A stretch of 64,000 nucleotides of DNA from Sarea resinae. Lineage: Eukaryota. Position 1 is the first letter of the stretch; every line of letters begins with the position of its first letter. A program made the translations under genes and the position numbers. Below are positions 60,545 through 64,000 of the stretch, piece after piece. A model generated the notes under the pieces. It was not told the DNA's origin and did no database searches. It saw nothing but the letters and a program-made list of their open reading frames with translations. Location of the stretch: assembly GCA_026026165.1 (NCBI GenBank), contig JAPEUD010000068.1, positions 62,001 through 126,000 on the forward strand. The letters run 5' to 3'.

Positions 60545-60924
60545 TCTAATGGAGTACTTTTGCACGAAGCTTGTCGAAACAGTCTCATGCTCAACGCTTC
60601 AAAGAAACATCCGGACTGCATTCTCAAGTCATGACTATCTGTTGTAAATAATCAAGCATCGAGCGAACGTGACCGTGGATAAAGAAGGACTTTACGGAGG
60701 AACGGCGTGCATTTGCCGATAGAGTAGGTAGGTAGATAAGACCGAGCGATTATGCGGGGTACTTTGGAGTAAAAACCAGGGTCCAACCTACCCCTGTAAA
60801 ATCAAAACACCATGATTCCGACGCCAAACCATATTCTTAGAGATCTCTTAACCAGATTCATCTATATGGTCGAATATTGCTGATCTCCTAGACAACGTAT
60901 TTTGAATGTGTGTTTACTTGGGCT

Positions 60925-60956
60925 GAGACGTTCGACGATGAATTGTCGAAAACTCG
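60925..60956 (+). repeat. Solo copy of the GAGACGTTCGACGAT motif
   Basis: GAGACGTTCGACGATGAATTGTCGAAAACTCG, located between RAD9-like and AMACR-like genes. Confidence 0.8.
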
Positions 60957-61347
60957 AACTGGGAAATGGTGGTGAATCGCACCTTCCCAACCAAAGGTTC
61001 ACTGCCTGGTCTTCATAAGGTCGTCGTGTCCGTTCATTCGCAAGTCAAATAAAGTATACGAACAAGCATGGGGGCCATGTAGATGGTCTGAACTCAGTGG
61101 GTTTTGGTTTTCATATGAGAGATGCTCGATAAAGAGCTTAGTTGGAGCTTCGCATTTATTACTTATGTTACTTGATAGCTACTTAGTCTAGAATACTGTA
61201 TTGTACTAAAAGAGCTCGATTACCCTGTCTACACAAGGTAGGTAGATGGCACTGCGCCTATGCCTAAGCCAGTATGCAAGAAGCTCTTTGCCCATCAAGC
61301 GAACCATGATGAAAAATAGTCTAAGATGCCTCGACGAGACCCTCATC

Positions 61348-64000
61348 TTAATCCTCCAGCAATCGGCCGAGGATAAGACTCTGTATCACGAACTCGTCCC
61401 CAACGACACGGACGCCGTACTGATCTTCAAGACCACTGTTGCCACTAAGAAGAGCATCCTCACTATCTTCCTTGCTCTCTCTGCCGCGCTTTCTCTTCCT
61501 TCCACGATTTGCGTCGCCGTCAGCTCTCCCTCCACCTTCTTCCTTCTCATCCACGTAGATCCAATCCCATCCGTCCCCACCTGTCTCCTTGGCCTGAATG
61601 ACCGCTCTCTTTGCGCCATCCACATTGACTACCCTGCCAACCCTCCTCGCGCCGAGAGCACACGTCAAGAATAAATAAGCCCTCCTCCTCTCCTCGACTT
61701 TTCCCCTGCCCATGACAAGCAGCACGCTCCTCCCCCCTAACAACCTAGGCCTCTCCTCTACCATTTCCGATATTCTCGCTTCTTCGGCGGCGGGATAGCG
61801 AGATAAGACGCGTGAACGAACTGTACCGCCCAGGAAATTGGATTCACCAGAAGGTAGCAGATAAGTGGTCCAGTCTAGCAGAAGGTCGCGGGATAAAGAG
61901 TCAGTAATCCAGCGGCCGGAGAGACACGGCAGATTGAGAGCGAGTGCCTGCATATATTTTGCACGACGAGAATGCTTGTCTGCTATCAAGGCTGTAAAGC
62001 CTAAAGATTGGGCGCTTGGGGTCAGGCGGAGCGTTGGAGGTGTTGAGGTAGGTTCATCTTGTTCGCTCGTGGTGGCAGTAGAGCAAGGTGTATTTTTGGA
62101 AGGAGAAAAGGGCTCCAGGTCGAGCTCGGAGAGTTGAAAAAGTTCTTCGAAGCCGTCGTGGAGAATGAGGCCGCCATTAGAGATAATGCTGTTGATGACG
62201 CGCTTCTTCTCCGTGTCGTTGTCCATGTAGCTTACTGCGAAGGCCATGCCGTTGAAGAGTCCTGAGCACGGGCTTGGTGGGGCAGAGGATTCGGCGTACC
62301 TCGCATTAAGGGAGGCATTGGTGACGCGTCGTGTGCGTGACATAGGAGTGTCCGGGGTCCCTGCAGGTCCTGCAGGAGTCTGGTCTCTTGTGGTTGGAAG
62401 AGAAGGGTCAGCGACGTGAGTGTAAGGGCGATCCTTGAAATTATTCCACATCATCTTCGTGACGTAGATGCTTGCCATTGCGACGTCCACAGTCTCACCC
62501 CCGGAAGATGCAATGACGCCGGCATTGCAATCCCGTAATTTTGGAGCGAGTGATATGGTAGAAAAGCCAAAGACGTCAGTCAACGGATAGCTTCCTGTTT
62601 GAGTCGCAACACTGGTATTCTCTTGGAGTAGAGTAGCCCCAATATTTGCTTTGTCTTTGAACCCGCAGACCACGTAGTTCTTAGTTCGCATATGATCTTG
62701 ATCGACTTTGACTACATCTCCCTCCCTTAGCTCAAACCGCCGGACGAACTGCGCATCGAGAACGTCAAACGTGCCATCATCGAATCTGACTTTGCATCTA
62801 GTATTTCCAGTCCCCGACACGCTGACACACGTAGCCGGATAGTAGGCTGCATTTCCTCCGTTGAAGAGAGCAAGGACTCGTTTCGATGTCAAACTTTTAC
62901 CGTTAAAAGATTCTCTGTTCAGATCAACTAGCGGCCCCTGGCCATCGGACGAGGACCCCTGAGTTCCGACCTCAGGAGCAACAAGATCGATAGGGCCCAT
63001 GGGAGCAAAAGTACGTTGTGTGAGGATAGATTTAGGACGTCCGATTTTCTTTCCGCTTATCTTTGTGCTAGGGGGCTGGGCCTTCTGCACAGGAGGTGCC
63101 TTTCGTCCCGAAGAAGATTTTGTAGATTTCTTTGAATATGACTTTTGCTTTGACCGTCCCGTTGTTTCAATTCTTTCAGACTCCTCTACTGCTGGGAATT
63201 GTGGAGACTTTTCGGAAAATTGCTGTTGCGCGCTCTTGACGCTCTCACTAGCTGCCCGTCCCGGAGTCTTAACACTCTCGCTCGACGATCGATGACCATC
63301 CTGAAGCTCATCAGTCTCTTCAATTGTCTTGTTAGGAGCTTGACTTCTAAAAATTCGCCTCCGCTTCCGGGATGGAGCAATGGGCGACGAGCCCTCGACT
63401 GCTGCGTGAAAGGCGATGTCCTGGCTAGTCACAACGCCGAGGTCCGTATCGACTTCACCAATTTCATCTGGAGGAGATGGGTCTTCTGCAATTTCGGTAA
63501 ACCTCCGTACTTGTGGGGGCTGTGAATTGACTTGTGATACGGGTGCTCCACTGGAAGAAACGGGTACTTGAGTCTGCGCTCTAGTAGAAGAAGACCCGAG
63601 ATGTGTCTGAGCTGTCTCGAAGGCTTTCGTGTCATTTGATTGACCCGCTGACCGCCCTTGATCCAGGCTTCGGCTGGCTGAATTCTTGTTTTCTGTTTGC
63701 GCCGACGAAGACGGATGCTCAGAATCGGATATTCTTGATGGGATAGCCGTTACCGAAGGATCTTCTTCATTGATCTGAGGGCTCGTCTCCAGGTTAGAGA
63801 TGGCCTCCTGTCTACACGCCATCGACTGTGACAAAGCGTGGCTGGTCGTCGTGAGACGAGGCCCCGTATTGGGTGCTCGAAGGTTGTCAGGGACTAGAAT
63901 TGATTGTGGCTCATTGCCAGAAGTGCTCTGGTCTTGGCCTTGAACCTCGTTAGGATTCATGTTGTGCTGTGTGGCAGACGTATAGGCCAAATGGGAAGCT
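61348..64000 (-). CDS. RAD9: DNA-damage checkpoint mediator Rad9/Crb2 (tandem Tudor + BRCT), 5'-truncated by the window edge
   Basis: Frame is open to the window end. SQ/TQ-rich region, Tudor RVLALFNG..AYYPATC..VRFDDG, BRCT LFNGMAFAVS..HSRRAKYMQALALNLPCLSGRWI, C-terminal EFVIQSLILGRL. Confidence 0.9.
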   Translation of the reverse strand, partial: ASHLAYTSATQHNMNPNEVQGQDQSTSGNEPQSILVPDNLRAPNTGPRLTTTSHALSQSMACRQEAISNLETSPQINEEDPSVTAIPSRISDSEHPSSSAQTENKNSASRSLDQGRSAGQSNDTKAFETAQTHLGSSSTRAQTQVPVSSSGAPVSQVNSQPPQVRRFTEIAEDPSPPDEIGEVDTDLGVVTSQDIAFHAAVEGSSPIAPSRKRRRIFRSQAPNKTIEETDELQDGHRSSSESVKTPGRAASESVKSAQQQFSEKSPQFPAVEESERIETTGRSKQKSYSKKSTKSSSGRKAPPVQKAQPPSTKISGKKIGRPKSILTQRTFAPMGPIDLVAPEVGTQGSSSDGQGPLVDLNRESFNGKSLTSKRVLALFNGGNAAYYPATCVSVSGTGNTRCKVRFDDGTFDVLDAQFVRRFELREGDVVKVDQDHMRTKNYVVCGFKDKANIGATLLQENTSVATQTGSYPLTDVFGFSTISLAPKLRDCNAGVIASSGGETVDVAMASIYVTKMMWNNFKDRPYTHVADPSLPTTRDQTPAGPAGTPDTPMSRTRRVTNASLNARYAESSAPPSPCSGLFNGMAFAVSYMDNDTEKKRVINSIISNGGLILHDGFEELFQLSELDLEPFSPSKNTPCSTATTSEQDEPTSTPPTLRLTPSAQSLGFTALIADKHSRRAKYMQALALNLPCLSGRWITDSLSRDLLLDWTTYLLPSGESNFLGGTVRSRVLSRYPAAEEARISEMVEERPRLLGGRSVLLVMGRGKVEERRRAYLFLTCALGARRVGRVVNVDGAKRAVIQAKETGGDGWDWIYVDEKEEGGGRADGDANRGRKRKRGRESKEDSEDALLSGNSGLEDQYGVRVVGDEFVIQSLILGRLLED

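Overview
Eukaryotic, gene-dense genomic DNA from a filamentous ascomycete (Pezizomycotina-type: short GT..AG introns with CTAAC/CTGAC branch sites, many microsatellites). I can support about 21 protein-coding genes, mostly housekeeping: a PhoD phosphatase, SPE2, a DHA1 MFS transporter, RTT109, MRPL15, APM1, NOB1, NOP10, LCL2, MRP7, GLC8, TAF11, a DUF1349 protein, a peroxisomal CoA-transferase III/AMACR, and a 5'-truncated RAD9/Crb2. There are also two possible decayed genes. I found no rRNA, intact tRNA, CRISPR or intact transposase. Four observations stand out. (1) An unexplained non-coding 20-38-bp motif (GAGACGTTCGACGATAAATGCTGAAAACTCGCCA) occurs about 21 times at three intergenic sites, arranged as inverted pairs inside a ~210-bp module shared by clusters 50 kb apart. 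(2) A spliced 17-codon uORF is the only AUG in the ~1-kb SPE2 leader. (3) A large 'hypothetical' protein reads as RasGAP-like + VPS9-like + Sel1 (GAPVD1/RME-6 architecture). (4) Its divergent neighbour reads as an aftiphilin/Laa2-like AP-1 accessory protein. Family assignments come from motif recognition by eye and from memory; no searches were run.
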